A DNA stretch of 64,000 nucleotides from assembly GCA_032718475.1 (NCBI GenBank), contig JAUCBJ010005279.1:20990-84989 (forward strand), given 5' to 3'. A program made the position numbers and the translations under genes. How positions within the stretch are numbered: position 1 is the stretch's first letter; each line of letters starts with the position of its first letter. Below the pieces are notes generated by a model. That model did no database searches. It was given only the letters and a program-made list of their open reading frames with translations, and was not told the DNA's origin. Shown here piece after piece: positions 37,181 to 50,683 of the stretch. Source of the DNA: Nemertoderma westbladi (Eukaryota > Animalia > Xenacoelomorpha).

Positions 37181-40100
37181 ATGAGTGACAAACAAGACTA
37201 TACGAAGAATACACCTACCGACTATGACTCATGTGACGCGAAGTCAGCAGCGGAAGAACAACAGGGGAAGACACGTGAGCCTACCGAACCTACACCGTGT
37301 GCGTCACCAGTACATCCAACGGGAGTACCGGATGCCGTAGTACGAGGTGACGGCAGGACCGAGGACTTTCTAACTGTTCCGCAACCTAGATATAGGGAAA
37401 CGGACATGGTAAGTTCAGCAGGAAGCCAGGACAGCGTAGTTAGAAGCGTCGGAGGATACATGGCGCATATTACCAAGAGTATTGGAGAAGGACAACGCAT
37501 ATTAGGCGAGTTGACCGCTCCGATGTCCCGATTCGAGTTCTACACTCTACAGGTAAGAGTACAAAGTAGAGTACATAAGTCCGTAGATAACTTAGTCAGC
37601 CTACAAGATCTAGCTAGACAAAGACAGGATGCGGACACGCAGTATCGAATCCTCGAGAAACTAATGATCGCTAGGGAGAAACTGATTCAGTTTAAGACGA
37701 CCGTTAGGCAGATACAACAAGAGCAAGCGGATCAGTTATTAGGTGAGTCGGTTTCCGACGAGTTGTTACAGCCCGAAGAGGAACAAGAACTGTATCGGCT
37801 GGATGGACAACTGAAACGCCTGACGGATCACTTACGTATGTGCGGCGAGGACGTTGGAGATTGGGAAACCGTACCGGAAGCTACGAAGGAAACTTCACTC
37901 GCACCAATCGAGCTGGCACCAGGAATACTGGATCAATCGCTGGTGAGTATTCGTAGCGAAATCGGCGAGGGAAGTATGGTCACGTCAGAAGTTGCTCGAC
38001 AACAGCAACAGTTCTACAGACAACGACGACAAATGGAGGAACAAGCTCAACTTCTAGTGATGCAGGCAGCAGTAGAGGAAGAGAAGCTACGCATTGCGAA
38101 TTTAGCGAGAATCTCTCATCTACAGGAACAAGCTGAATTAGAAGCAGCTGAAGTAGAACGGTTAGAGTTAGACATTGCCCAACAAGCGGCGGCAGCCGAG
38201 TTAGTGCAACGAACTGCAGCAGCCGAGTTAGAGCGACAAGCGGCAGCGGCAGCGTCAGAGTTAGAGCGACAAACGGCAGCGGCGGAGTTAGAAAGGAAAA
38301 GGTTAGTTTCAGAAGCACGAGCCGAAATGAAAACATGGCAAATAAAAGCCCAATCAGCTATACGACAAGCGGAGTTTGAGGCGCAACGACAACAAACGGA
38401 ACAACGAGAGAAGGGAGTTAAACTTCGTTTCGAACTCGAGAAGAAGGTGAGAGAATTAGCGAACGCCGAGGAAGATCTGGATCAAAAGGCCCGCGATCGA
38501 TCGATGAGATCTCGAGACGGACATGATTTGGACCAGATAGAGGTAAGACATCGCCAAATTCAGGAACGGAAGAAGGAAGGAAGCGTAGGAGCACCCGGAC
38601 GGGAACGACAATTAGTAAAAGACTTGTGTCAACGATTTCCACAAGTAACTCCTATGTTTGCACCGATTATGACTAAGGAACCTGTTTCGATTGCCGGTAG
38701 TAGTAATATTTCTCCTATCCATGGTGCGACGGAACACAGGTTGGTAATTCCGGACAAATTCATACCGCCAAGAGCAACGTCGTTGCCTATTTTAAAAGTC
38801 AAGGTAAGTAACCCACCGAATACCGATCGTAGTAGTTTATTGACCAGACCTGCGCTACTGACAACTAAACAGGTGAGTCCACCTTCGACACCGAAACCCG
38901 TTACGCACTACACTTACCCAATGACGTTTCGGCCTACAAGGCCAGTCGATTCAAACGCTACCACACGACCACCGTTTAAAAAGCGTACATCGCAATCTAC
39001 GACTTCGAGGAAGACTTGTGAGCCTACCGAACAACGGAGACCAGTGGATACGCGACCGTTTAACCAGATTACATCGCAATCTACGACTTCGAGGAAGACT
39101 TGTGAGCCTACCGAACGACGGAGACCAATAGACGATGTTCCGAAGCGGAACGTTAGAATTCGAACGACGCAATGGACGCGAGCACGTCGACCACCGTATC
39201 CAGGTGACAGTAGTACTTCGAGTGAATCGGATTACCCGAAACGCGAGGTATTTAGAACAGGGGCGGCCGATGAATACAAACGCGAGCGTTCAGACAACTC
39301 CTTTGTAGACAATCCTCCACGAAATACACCAACACAGAACGCGTTACAACCAACAGACGCAATTAGTACACAACAGTTCGCCAACATTCTGCGACCAGTT
39401 GTTAACAAGTTGGCTCAGATTGAGGAACGTCTGGAGGAAGTTCAAACGGATAGTTCAAGGAACACCGAATTCGAACACAATAGACACCCGAAGGATCAGC
39501 AAAGACCAATACCTTCGAGAAACACACCGTATCAGGGAAAAGCGCCAAGAAGGGACATCAACCAGATTACCAACCAAGGACGCGAAACTCTGAACGTTGC
39601 CGAGGAAATAGCGAAATTCGCAGCTAGACAAGGACTACCGGTGCAACAACCACCTAAGTTTTCCAGTAGCTCAAAACACTGGCACACTTACGTAGACTAT
39701 ATCGAATCTCAGATCGCTGTGTGCGCCTTTACATCACGGGAGAAGTTTAATTACCTGCTTCAAACGTTGTCGGGAGAACCCAAACGTTTGGCGGAGACCT
39801 TCGTTGGTGTACCGGACGCCTTCGAACTAGCGTACGATCGCTTAACTTCGATCTACGGAGGTACAGTCAGCATGGCCAGGTCAGTGATAGAGGAACTCTG
39901 TAAGGGAGGGGCTATTACTAAACCCGTCGACTTATTGAAACTAGCTGACGAAATAAAGAACGCTATCACTACATTAAGATCTATTGGACAGCTTGACTAC
40001 GGAAATACCCCTACAGTCCTATTAAAGATCATAGGACGACTCCACCATCGACTTCGTCGGGAGTGGAGGAAGATCGAATACCAGCGGGAAGAGCGAGGTG

Positions 40101-43100
40101 GATTCTTAAAACTGGAGGATGTATACCTTTTGATATTCAGGGAAGCAGTGGTAGAGACACGATCTAACTACACTGACCAACACATCGTAGCCGAAGGAAT
40201 CACCTTGCCATCCTCAAACCGACAAAAACCCCAGACAACATCCACCAAGACGGCCACTTACGCCACACCGACAGAAACACGACAATTCTCGGACGGTAGT
40301 AGGGTATCTGCGCCCATTGGAATAAAACAGACTAGACAGCAACTCAGTACAGACTTCAGCGGCTGCCAATACTGCGAGCATTTAGGCAAGCGGTATACCG
40401 GTCACAAGTTGAGAGGTTGTCGACAGTTTCGCGAGTTAAACTCGGAAGAACGACGGCTGCAGATACGGCCATTGGACTCTTGTTGGCGGTGTACGCGACA
40501 CGGACACGTCCGCAAAGATTGCCCAAATACCGACACTTGTCCATCCTGTGGACGCAACCACGACGGTCTGCTCCACACAGACAGCCACACGCCGACAAAA
40601 CGCTTCGCCAGGGAACACCCGGAAGCTGCAGCAAAATGCAACACCGCGTATAATAATCGAGAATCGAAAACGACTCCAACTTTCGTGACACATATTAAGG
40701 ATTGCTTCTCAGAACAATCCGGATCGTCGGACGAAGAGTCAGAAGACGACGACGTATATTCGGATGGAGACAAACAACCATCGATCGCGCTTCTGACAAC
40801 TGACCAACTAAAAGGTTTCAGTGTAATTCCGATTAAGATTACTGGCACAAAAGGGAGCAAGAGAATCTACGCTATTCTAGATTCAGCCTCATCTCACAGC
40901 TACGTGGATGAGAAGGTAGCTGATGTCGTCACCGATCTCAGACAAGGTAAGCATGTTAGTTACACCGTAAGTAGTATGCACGGACAACGTGCAATACCAG
41001 TGACGCGAGTTAAGTTAAACTTAGACACTCTTCTTCCGAAATCGCAACATAGCGAGAAGGAGAGGTCTTTGTTGCCCTTCAAGGATTTAACCTTTGCGGC
41101 CACAAAAGACTTTAGTATCTTACTAGGTCCAGTGCCGGAACAATCCTTGGAGGACCGTAAGTACTTCAGACACCTTGGTGTACCTGAATGTCCTGTCAAT
41201 TATAGATCGGTAGCAATGCTGATCGGGACAGATCAATTCAACCTACATCAAGTGTGGGAAACCAGACCATCGGTAGTCGTAGCAGGAAGTGCATACGCCT
41301 GCAGAACGCCGATAGGTTGGTTTACTCGAGCGCCTGTGCGCACACTAGACATAAGTGATGAAGAGGATGAAGTACAAAGTACATGTAGTTTATTAACTAC
41401 AAATTCAATTCATTCCTTTTCACACGACCGAGACTATACTACCTTGCGTACAAAACACAACAAAGTGACCAGTACGACGTGTGTAACAAATACCATAAGT
41501 CACAAGGAGCAGCAAATCCACCAGGTGAGTTTAGAACTTGGGGAGAAGACGAGTCAGCCAGAGATTCCATCGACGACAGATGATAACGCCGGAAGGCTTG
41601 CGAGTCTATCTACACCAATAACCTCAACAATGCCCGTCGATATAGATGACGACACGTTAAGAAATCATCAAGTGGAACAAGCTGCACTGGACAAAGAATT
41701 AACGGAGAAGACTATCAGGTGGTTAGAACAAGATACAGCTGAACCTGGTAGCTACGAACCGTGTATGTCGGAACAAGAGAAACAATCTTTAAAGATCATG
41801 GAAGATACTATCCGCCAGATGAAAGACGGACATTATGAGGTAGGGATGTTATGGCGCAGCCAAAGTCCCAAACTTATTAACAATTATCCGCTAGCTTTAA
41901 GACGCTTAAAATCAATATGGCAACGTCTATTATAGGACGAGAAAGCCCATCTGCAGTATAATACCCAGATGGAGACGTATTTGACCAAGGGGTACGCTAT
42001 CCGAATGACTAACCCAGAGATTGTAACAGACCAGACATACTACTTACCACATCACTACGTGAGACATCCCGACAAACCAGACAAAGTACGTGTAGTCAAT
42101 GACTGCGCGGCTCTGTTTGAGGGAATGTCCCTCAATAGTGAGTTAATGGATGGACCAAACATGAATAATTATCTTATGGGGGTGATTATGCGCTTCCGTC
42201 AGCGTCAAGTAGCCTTTACTTGTGACGTCGAAGCTATGTTTCACCAAGTGAGAGCGTTAGAGCAAGACAGAGACAGTTTGAGGTTCCTCTGGTACCCGGA
42301 AGGAGACTTGAGTCTACCACCGGCGACTTACCAAATGCAAGTTCGCGTTTTCGGTGCCAGGGACAGCCCAAACTGTACGATGTATGCCCTAAAACAAGCC
42401 GCTAGGGATCAGAAACATATATATGACCCAGAGATAATCAAGATCGTAGAACGTGACTTTTACGTAGACGACTGATTACAGAGTTGTGACACAGTAGAAC
42501 GTGCTATAACAGTAGCACAATTACGGGACTGTTTAGTGGGCGGAGGTTTTAACCTCACCAAATTCGCCTCAAACAGTGCCGAATTGGTAGACTCATTCGG
42601 AACGACTGAGCGTGGAGGTGGTGACATTGACCTAGAGTTCGAACCACTACCGACGACCAAGGTGTTGGGGCTCTTTTGGGACCCAAACACGGACAACTTT
42701 CGAGTGAAGGTGAGACTGGACACTCAAGAAAACACTCTGACAAAGAGGTCCTGCTTGTCAAAATTGAGTCGATTGTTCGATCCATTAGGATTCATCAGTC
42801 CAATAATACTGCAAGCTAGTATTTATATGCGCAGTATTTGGAAGGATGGACTGACATGGGACGAGCCGATCTCATTTGAACAAGTGGACTTATGGAAAAC
42901 CTGGGAGGCACAGTTATCTTCACTAGAGGATTATTCCATACCCAGAGTCTACTTTCCATTACAAACGACGTTTCCTGACAACTTGGAATTACATTGTTTT
43001 TCCGACGCCAGTGACAACGGCTTTGGTGTGGCAGCGTACTTGCGCAGACAAGTAGACTCAGACGAGTTCGATGTGTCGCTCATTACTTCTAAGGCTAAGA

Positions 43101-45883
43101 CCATGCCTACTAAGTACATGACGACACCACGCCATGAGCTACAAGCAGCAACTCTGTCAACTACCATTGTAAACCTCATACAGACTGAACTACAGTCAAG
43201 TTTACAGATATTTTATTGGACTGACGCGACGTTGGTTTTATTTTACATAAACAACGACACACTTGAATTCAAGACGTTCGTAGCTAACCGTCGCGCAGAA
43301 ATTCTAGACCGTTCAATAAAGGAAGATTGGCGACATTGTCCCGGACCACAAAATCCAGCTGATATTGCGTCGCGAAGAATGATGCCTGAGGAATTCTGTA
43401 AACCGGAGAACAAAGAATTTTGGCAACACGGACCACAATTCTTGCAGAAATAGACACAAGATTGGCCACCGTTATACGACAACAAGTCTAACACCATCCC
43501 TAAGGACGCCGAAATAAAGAAACCAAAAAAGGGGAAGGCAAAGAAAAGGACGACGGCTAAACTCAGGAAAAAACCGAAGGCGAAATGGAAAGCGATAACT
43601 TCCAAAGTCAAGAAGGGAAGACTTGCGAGCCTTTCTACACCAGACATATCGCCAGACGGTCGACCAGACACGTTACTAGAAGGTCAACCAGACGTTTTGC
43701 CAGACATGTCACAAGACGTTTCGCCGGATGTTCCGCGAAACATTTTACAAGACATATCACAAAATATTCTACCAGACACTAGTAACGTATTGACAGATAG
43801 TAAAGCCGCAGTTTCCCTATTGGAGCGGCCTTCTGTTGACAAACAACCAGACGCATTACTAGACAGTCGACTAGACATTTTGTCAGAAACATCACAAAAT
43901 GTTCTACCAGACATTAGTAACGCATTGACAAATAATAAAGCCGCAGTTTCCCTATTGGAGCGGCCTTGTATTGACGAACAACCAAACTTGACACTCTTGA
44001 GTAATCATAAGCACAGTGCAACCTCATGTATTACAGATGTGGGTAGTACCTACGATAATGTAAATACAGGTGTTACTTTGCGCTCAAGAGACATACCAAA
44101 CTTGCAACCTATGGTGAGACCTGGGATTAATATCGGCAGAAAAATAAGTTTACCGAAACCCAGTGACCCCATAGAGTTCAAACCACCATTAACGATCGAC
44201 TTACAAAGTACTGACAATCAAGGTAAGAAAACGAAGAAGGACAAATTACTCGTAGACCCGGACGGATCAACAGTCAACAAGGGAATACTTACCGGCGGAC
44301 CCGTGGGCCCTTCTAGTAAATCAAAACCTTTCAAATTCTCCATTGACTTACCTGATGACGTCACAAATACTTACGTCGACCGTATTGTAAACCTAACAGA
44401 TTCTTGGACAAACGCTTGCCGAAAATTAGCGTGGATTGTACGTTTTGTACAATACGTTAAAGGCAAACGCGACTTTACACGTCGACTTACATTGACTGAG
44501 ATTGACAGGTGTGAAATTAAATTAATTCGCCATTATCAATTGCGATATTTTACGCGCGAATTCACATCAATAAATCAAGGTCAACCAATCAAGTCGTCAC
44601 CAATATTGAGTTGGAGTCCGATAATTTATAATGGCTTAATTTGTCATAAATCTCGGCTTCAAAACATTGACCTTAACACAAACTTTAGATACCCAATAAT
44701 AATACCGCAGCATCACGAATTACAACGTGCAATGATACTGGACGCACATTTACATCTGAAACACGCTGGAAGACACCACTGTCTTTCTTACTTACGTACT
44801 AGATTTGTATTAATTAGACCCAGTAAAGCGTTAAGTTCAGTGATGCGTACGTGTATTATTTGTAAAAAGGTACACTCTAGAATAGGTACCCAAGAAATGA
44901 GTGAACTTCCACAAGCACGACTTCAAGCATTCAGACCACCTTTTACAGAGACTGGAATTGATTGCTTTGGTCCCATACATACGAAACGTGGACGTATACT
45001 AGTAAAACGCTGGGGACTGATTTTCACATGTATGTCCAGTAGGGCAGTTCATATTGAACGTGTGATGGATCTTTCCACCAACGCGTTTATACTAGCATTG
45101 CGGCGATTTATCGCTAGACGCGGACTAGTGAAATGCTTGTACTCAGACCAAGGTACAAACTTTGTTGGTGCTCGAAATGAAATTGCTAGAGCCTTCAAGA
45201 AATTAGATCATGATCAAATCTCAGACGAACTACATCCTTACAAGATTGTTTGGAAGTTCAATCCTCCAGACAGTCCATGGAGAGGCGGAGTCTGGGAGAG
45301 ACTGATAAGATCTATCAAAACGGCCATGGCAAAGGTCATTCCAGTAAACCACATTTTGACAGACGACCAACTGACTACATTGTTTGTTGAAATCGAGGCA
45401 ATACTAAATACTAGACCAATAGTATTAGTACCCGATGACAAACAATCCCAATTTGCTTTAACACCGGCACACCTGCTAATGCAGGCACCGACAATATTGA
45501 CGCCTATTTCTATTCCAATAGAAGGCAATAGCTATGGTAGAAAAGCGTGGAAAATCACGCAACTACTAGCTAACAAATTCTGGGAAATATGGCAAAACCA
45601 TTATTTGCCCTCTATTTCTGCCAGAACAACATGGTACAATAACACCCACGCATTAAAGCCGGGAGATCACGTGCTGTTAGCAGAAGTGAATCTAAAAAGA
45701 TGCTTTTGGATAACAGGTGTCATTTTAGCCACACATCCATCTATGGATGGAGTGACAAGAACTGAGACGGTACGGACAATTGACGGTCGTACAGTAGACA
45801 GACCGACTCAACGTCTCGTACTTCTTGAAGAGACTCGAAACGAGTCTGGAGATTACAAATCTCCAACGAATGTTAGTAAATAA
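37181..45883 (+). pseudogene. gag-pol: gag-pol polyprotein of B; nonsense codons ending at 41935 and 42475, frameshift near 43450
   Basis: Same PR, RT, RH and IN motifs as A; ORFs 37181-41935, 41969-42475, 42536-43453 and 43697-45883. Confidence 0.95.
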
Positions 45884-46294
45884 TTAGGAGTTTACAAATA
45901 GATTTCCACGTACCTGTACGCTGTAGTAAAGACAGCGGTAGAATTCCATTGTCTTTATATGTGAACATTGAGGGTAGTACCCTTATGTATCACATAGGAG
46001 CGGGATTTTGTAGGTATAAGAAATGGAATTCTACTTGGAACTCACAATATTGAGACATTTTCGAAATTTTAGACAATCCATTTGGATTTGAAAAATTTTT
46101 AAAATTTTCTCCAGTGAATAGATTTCAGGGTACAGTCGGGTGGAACTTAAAATTAGAGAAACAAGAAGGGAAGACTTGCGAGCCTTTCTTAAATTTTATT
46201 AAATTTTACACGGTCTTGTTTCAATAAGTTGCGTCAATAAATAGACTTCCCTATATTTATTACTAATTATTGACTGCTTATTTTCTGATAATAG

Positions 46295-48246
46295 TTTGGG
46301 ATCAAAAAGTGAGTATTTTAGACTCACAGCCAGTTTAGCCCAAAATCGTTTTTATTTTTGGCAAAAAATTTAAATAAGAAACAGTGTGTCGCTAAAGAAA
46401 CCTTAGATCTTAGGCTATGGGTAGGAGGTTAGAGCGCTGTCGAGCCCAAAGGGCAGACGAAACTCTCACGTCTCCTCACAACTAACCACAAACTCTGTTG
46501 TATTCCCTCTAGTAGCAATGATTATGTAACCATTACACCTCTAATTATGGAGAAGGAGATACATGGAGAGCCGAGATGGGGATATGATATCCAAGAGGAA
46601 GCGGCAGCGCCATTCGAACGATTTGGAGCTAAAGACTACACTATATTTGGTATAAAGGAATTATCAGAAAGTACAGCGAAGCTAGCAAAGATAGCAATGC
46701 CTTTACTCGAGCAGGATTTAGCATATTTCGAGACGTGTATCTTCGCTGTGCGGGATCTCTTATCGAAAGACCATCTATGTTTACATTGTTACCCTATGAA
46801 GGAGAACGTATCGTGGAGATTACTGAAGAATCACGGCAGACGCGCGCGCCTATCGGTCACCTTAGTGACGATTTCGAAGTAACGACGATCATTGGTGATC
46901 CTCTAGAGGAACTTCTTGAGATCGAAAGGAACCTCCCGAAGAAATCTCAGACGGAGATTTGACAACTTGAAGCAACAGATGCTGTAGTTTGCATACAACC
47001 TTCAGAAACCTATCAACCCATAGATCCAGATGATTATGACTATAGTGTGGGAGGAAGCGCTCGACCTATTGGAGATCTTATATATGAGCGAGTGTGGTAC
47101 CCTGCCAACACTATGTGTGGTAAATGTGGCGTCGCTGGACATCATTCGACGAAGTGCAGTGGAAAGCACATCACTACGACTCAACTAATCTGTGGATGGT
47201 GTGGAGATCAAGGGTCACATACATTTTATACTTGCTGGAGATTTATGGCTCAATGTACGTATTGCAATATCAAGGGACATCGAGCATCTGAATGCCAACT
47301 ACGAGACATACCTTATGAACACGAATCTGTAAAACTCGTAAGAAAGCTATTCGACGATTGGGAAGATTTGGCTGACGAACACGTATCGGCACAAAGGAGA
47401 AGATTCCCGATGAGAGCGCATCTTGGATTTTGGGCGGTAAATCCACAAACTATGATGTCTGAAGGATATATCTCAGCTATGCCTCAATATGACGAACTTA
47501 TAGAGGTAGTTGATATTTTGCCTCATGACAGCGGATTCCGAGTGGTGCGCGAGTATCTGTTACAGATTCACCCAGACAATAAGAACACATGGAATTTTCA
47601 GAAAGTCGTAAATCGTATCACGTATGGTGAGTTCGATCGTTTCCGAACGGAGAAGCGGAACAAGGGAGCTTGGTTAACCGTCGCATGGGCGTACCGAGCC
47701 GCGTTCTATCACAAACGTATACGAGCGAGCGTATTCGAGGAAGAGGAGATCCTAGAGGCGACAAATATACCAGCCACTCCGGTTGCGCCGTCTGCACGTC
47801 ACCCTCGGGAGGACGGACAGGGTAGGATCATAAAGGTTCAGAAAGTGAGCCAACAATTGAAGAAGTCTATTAATATAGAAGAACGCAAGGGAGTCAAGCC
47901 GACTATTCGAATTACTAGGGATACGGTATCGCTTCCTAGAGAACCAACAGGAGGATCGGGACATACACCAGCTGATCAAAAGGGGGCAAAAGTTTCTCTT
48001 GGGTCTGCGTCGTCCGCTTCTCGTGCATTCCCAGACGTTCTACCAACCGTAGTGACAACTGATCGGTCACGAGGAATTGGTCGAGGATTTGGGACGCCTA
48101 ATAGGCAAATTTGTGAGGAAACGGTAGTACCTCCTCTCAACGTCCCAAGTAAACCAGTGACTCGCCCCATTAGTCCCATATCGCGAGCAAAGTCACCTGT
48201 GCGCAGTTTTTGAGGACGCGGCAGGGCTCGATCTACAAAGCGGTAA
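46295..48246 (+). pseudogene. Accessory ORF3 of B: triple CCHC knuckle protein, disrupted
   Basis: ORFs 46547-46882, 46735-46962 and 47047-48213 are orthologous to ORF3 of A; TGA in place of Arg codons at 46960 and 48211. Confidence 0.8.
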
Positions 48247-48676
48247 AGGGAGGGCAAGGGTGGATGGAAGACTCGTGGGCCTTTCCTATTGTATTGTTCT
48301 AAATTTATGTAATTGTATTGTTCCAAATTCATTGCACAGAACTTATGCAATTTATATTTAGGCACGAAAGTATTTGTAATTTTTTGAATTTATGCAATAT
48401 TTGAGATGCAATAAATTTATGCAATATCGAGATGCAATCGATTTATATTGGTGAATTTAATTTAGATTTATATTGTGCCTACTTAATAAAGCCTTAAATA
48501 TGTAAAGTTTGAATTTGTAATTATTTTTGTACCGAATTATTACGTAGAAAGGAAGTATTATTGTTTGAAATTTAATTTGTAAATATGTAGGTACGCCCTA
48601 AGTATTCCATAATTCGATTGATTATTGGTGAAAACCGTATATTTATGTACGATAATATCCTGTTTTCATGGAGCGG

Positions 48677-50678
48677 TATAGAATTATATCCTCATAAAAG
48701 CCGTGGATTTTCAAAATTTATTTTTGTTGGAATAAACTTGTTATAAAGATTACGTTAAGTTCTCATTTGTATTTACCATTGCTATTTGTACGAGGTTACT
48801 CAAGTGGTTCAGTAGCTCAGTCGGTTATGCGTTGGAAATTTGTCCAGAAGGTATCGTGTTCAAATCCTAGAAGGTGTGAATTGTTTTTTGTGCTGAATTT
48901 TCAATTAATTCAAATTAACCTCTACGATTTAAATTGATAGTAACAATGTATGATTTGACTGAATCATTGTACGAATACATTATACAATGTACGATTTAAA
49001 TTGCATTTACCCGAGTGATTAACCAATATAATTGCAGTTATATGATAGTAACCAATGTCGTGCAAGTTGTGAGTTGTTGGACCAATGGTTATCTTTAAAA
49101 ACCCAATATAATTATAGAATGTTCTCGATTGTTTGCAGCACAAATTTGCTATAAAAGGTGCAGTTTCGTTCATTAGTTATTCAATCTCAATCACACAAAA
49201 ACACAATTATTCTGAGTTATCTGATATTTGTTTATTCTGTCATTAGTTATTTCAGATTACATTTTGTATTAGTATTAATCTGCAATAAAATTCAGAAATA
49301 CCGCTATCAGCCTTTCTTTTCACTATGATTCACTACGGTGAACACCCTTAGGAACAGGATGGTCGGCTAAAGATCGGGCCGCAGCAGTGAACGAGAACAT
49401 CGGGGGAATGTGACCAGGAGACCACCCACAACATCTATTAGAGTTATTCGCCCATCGCCTGAAGGTTAGACAGTGTTCGATGCTTTGCTACCTAAGTGTA
49501 AGACCTAAGATCGACGGTAGGAGCAGCGACACACTGTACGCCAAAAGTTAAATTAAGATCTGTATTATCCTGATTCTCGGAAAACCAGCAGAACCCCTTC
49601 ATATTCCTACGGGGGGAGAGGAGGACAGAGGAAAGTTAGAGATACCTGTACGCAGATAAGACATAGGCACACCAGTACATGGCATGTAAATTGATAGGGT
49701 GCAGCAAAACTGTACGCCTAGCTCATTGTCAGGTATAGGTGCGCTGTGTGTCTTGTCAGCAGTACACGGTATTTGTTGCTTGCGTTGGAACTTGTAGGCT
49801 AGGAGAGGGTTGTTGTGTTTTCCCTGAATTGTGATTATACCATTCAGGCGGTAGGGCAGTTTACATGCTAGGCGAAAATAAATTGAGGCTATTAGGGATA
49901 CTAACATCTACCGTGTCCCCGCCAACGTCCTGATAGGAAGTTACCCGGACTACCTAGGTGACTAAAATTCCAGATAAGAGCCAGGATAGCTATTCGTAAC
50001 TGTACGCCTACAGTAGTAAACTAACACATTTCTTCTTAGTATTAGGGACCTGGTACCTAAAATTGCCGAATTCTGGGCGTAGCATTAACCCTATGCCTGA
50101 ATTTGAGTCCTGGAAATACACAAAAGGGGAAGGAGCCTTATCATTTGTAAGTATTGGACCTACAAGTTACCAAAATATTAGAATATTTGTAAAATAAACG
50201 CCGGACCCAGTAAATGAGATTATATGAAGGATTAAAACCAATTTTGATCCAAGAATTAACAAATACGCGTGTTTAGGAATTATTTACACCTCAAAAAAAT
50301 ATAAAATAATTTGTTCACTCTGCTGCTTTGCCTGCTAGTTATATTTGTAGCTAGCGTCTCTCTCACCCACCATATAAATCTCACCGCGGCAAAGTATACG
50401 AGCGCCCTTAGTCCGTCAGTGAGTCAGCCCGATTTTAGGATTCGCTGCGCGGGATTTTTGTTTTACCGAAGTTTGTCCGTTCGTAGACTGTTTTCTGCCT
50501 CACCGGTTAAAAGAGACCAATACTGCGATAGTTTTGCTTACTTAGAGTTTACTGTTTTGGTGAGAAGGTCGGATTTATGCTTTGATTCACAGACTCTATA
50601 GTATGATATTGCAGGATACGTATTTGGGTTTCTCACATCAGTAGGAATGTGTACCTTTGTTCGTGTCTCTTCCATTTA
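48677..50678 (+). repeat. 3' LTR of element B
   Basis: Direct repeat of 34394-36376. Confidence 0.97.
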
Positions 50679-50683
50679 ATGTC

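Larger units (their letters stand above)
34394..50678 (+). mobile_element. BEL/Pao LTR retrotransposon B (same family as A), nested antisense in C
   Basis: LTRs 1983 and 2002 bp, TSD ATGTC (34389-34393 / 50679-50683); gag-pol highly similar to A. Confidence 0.97.
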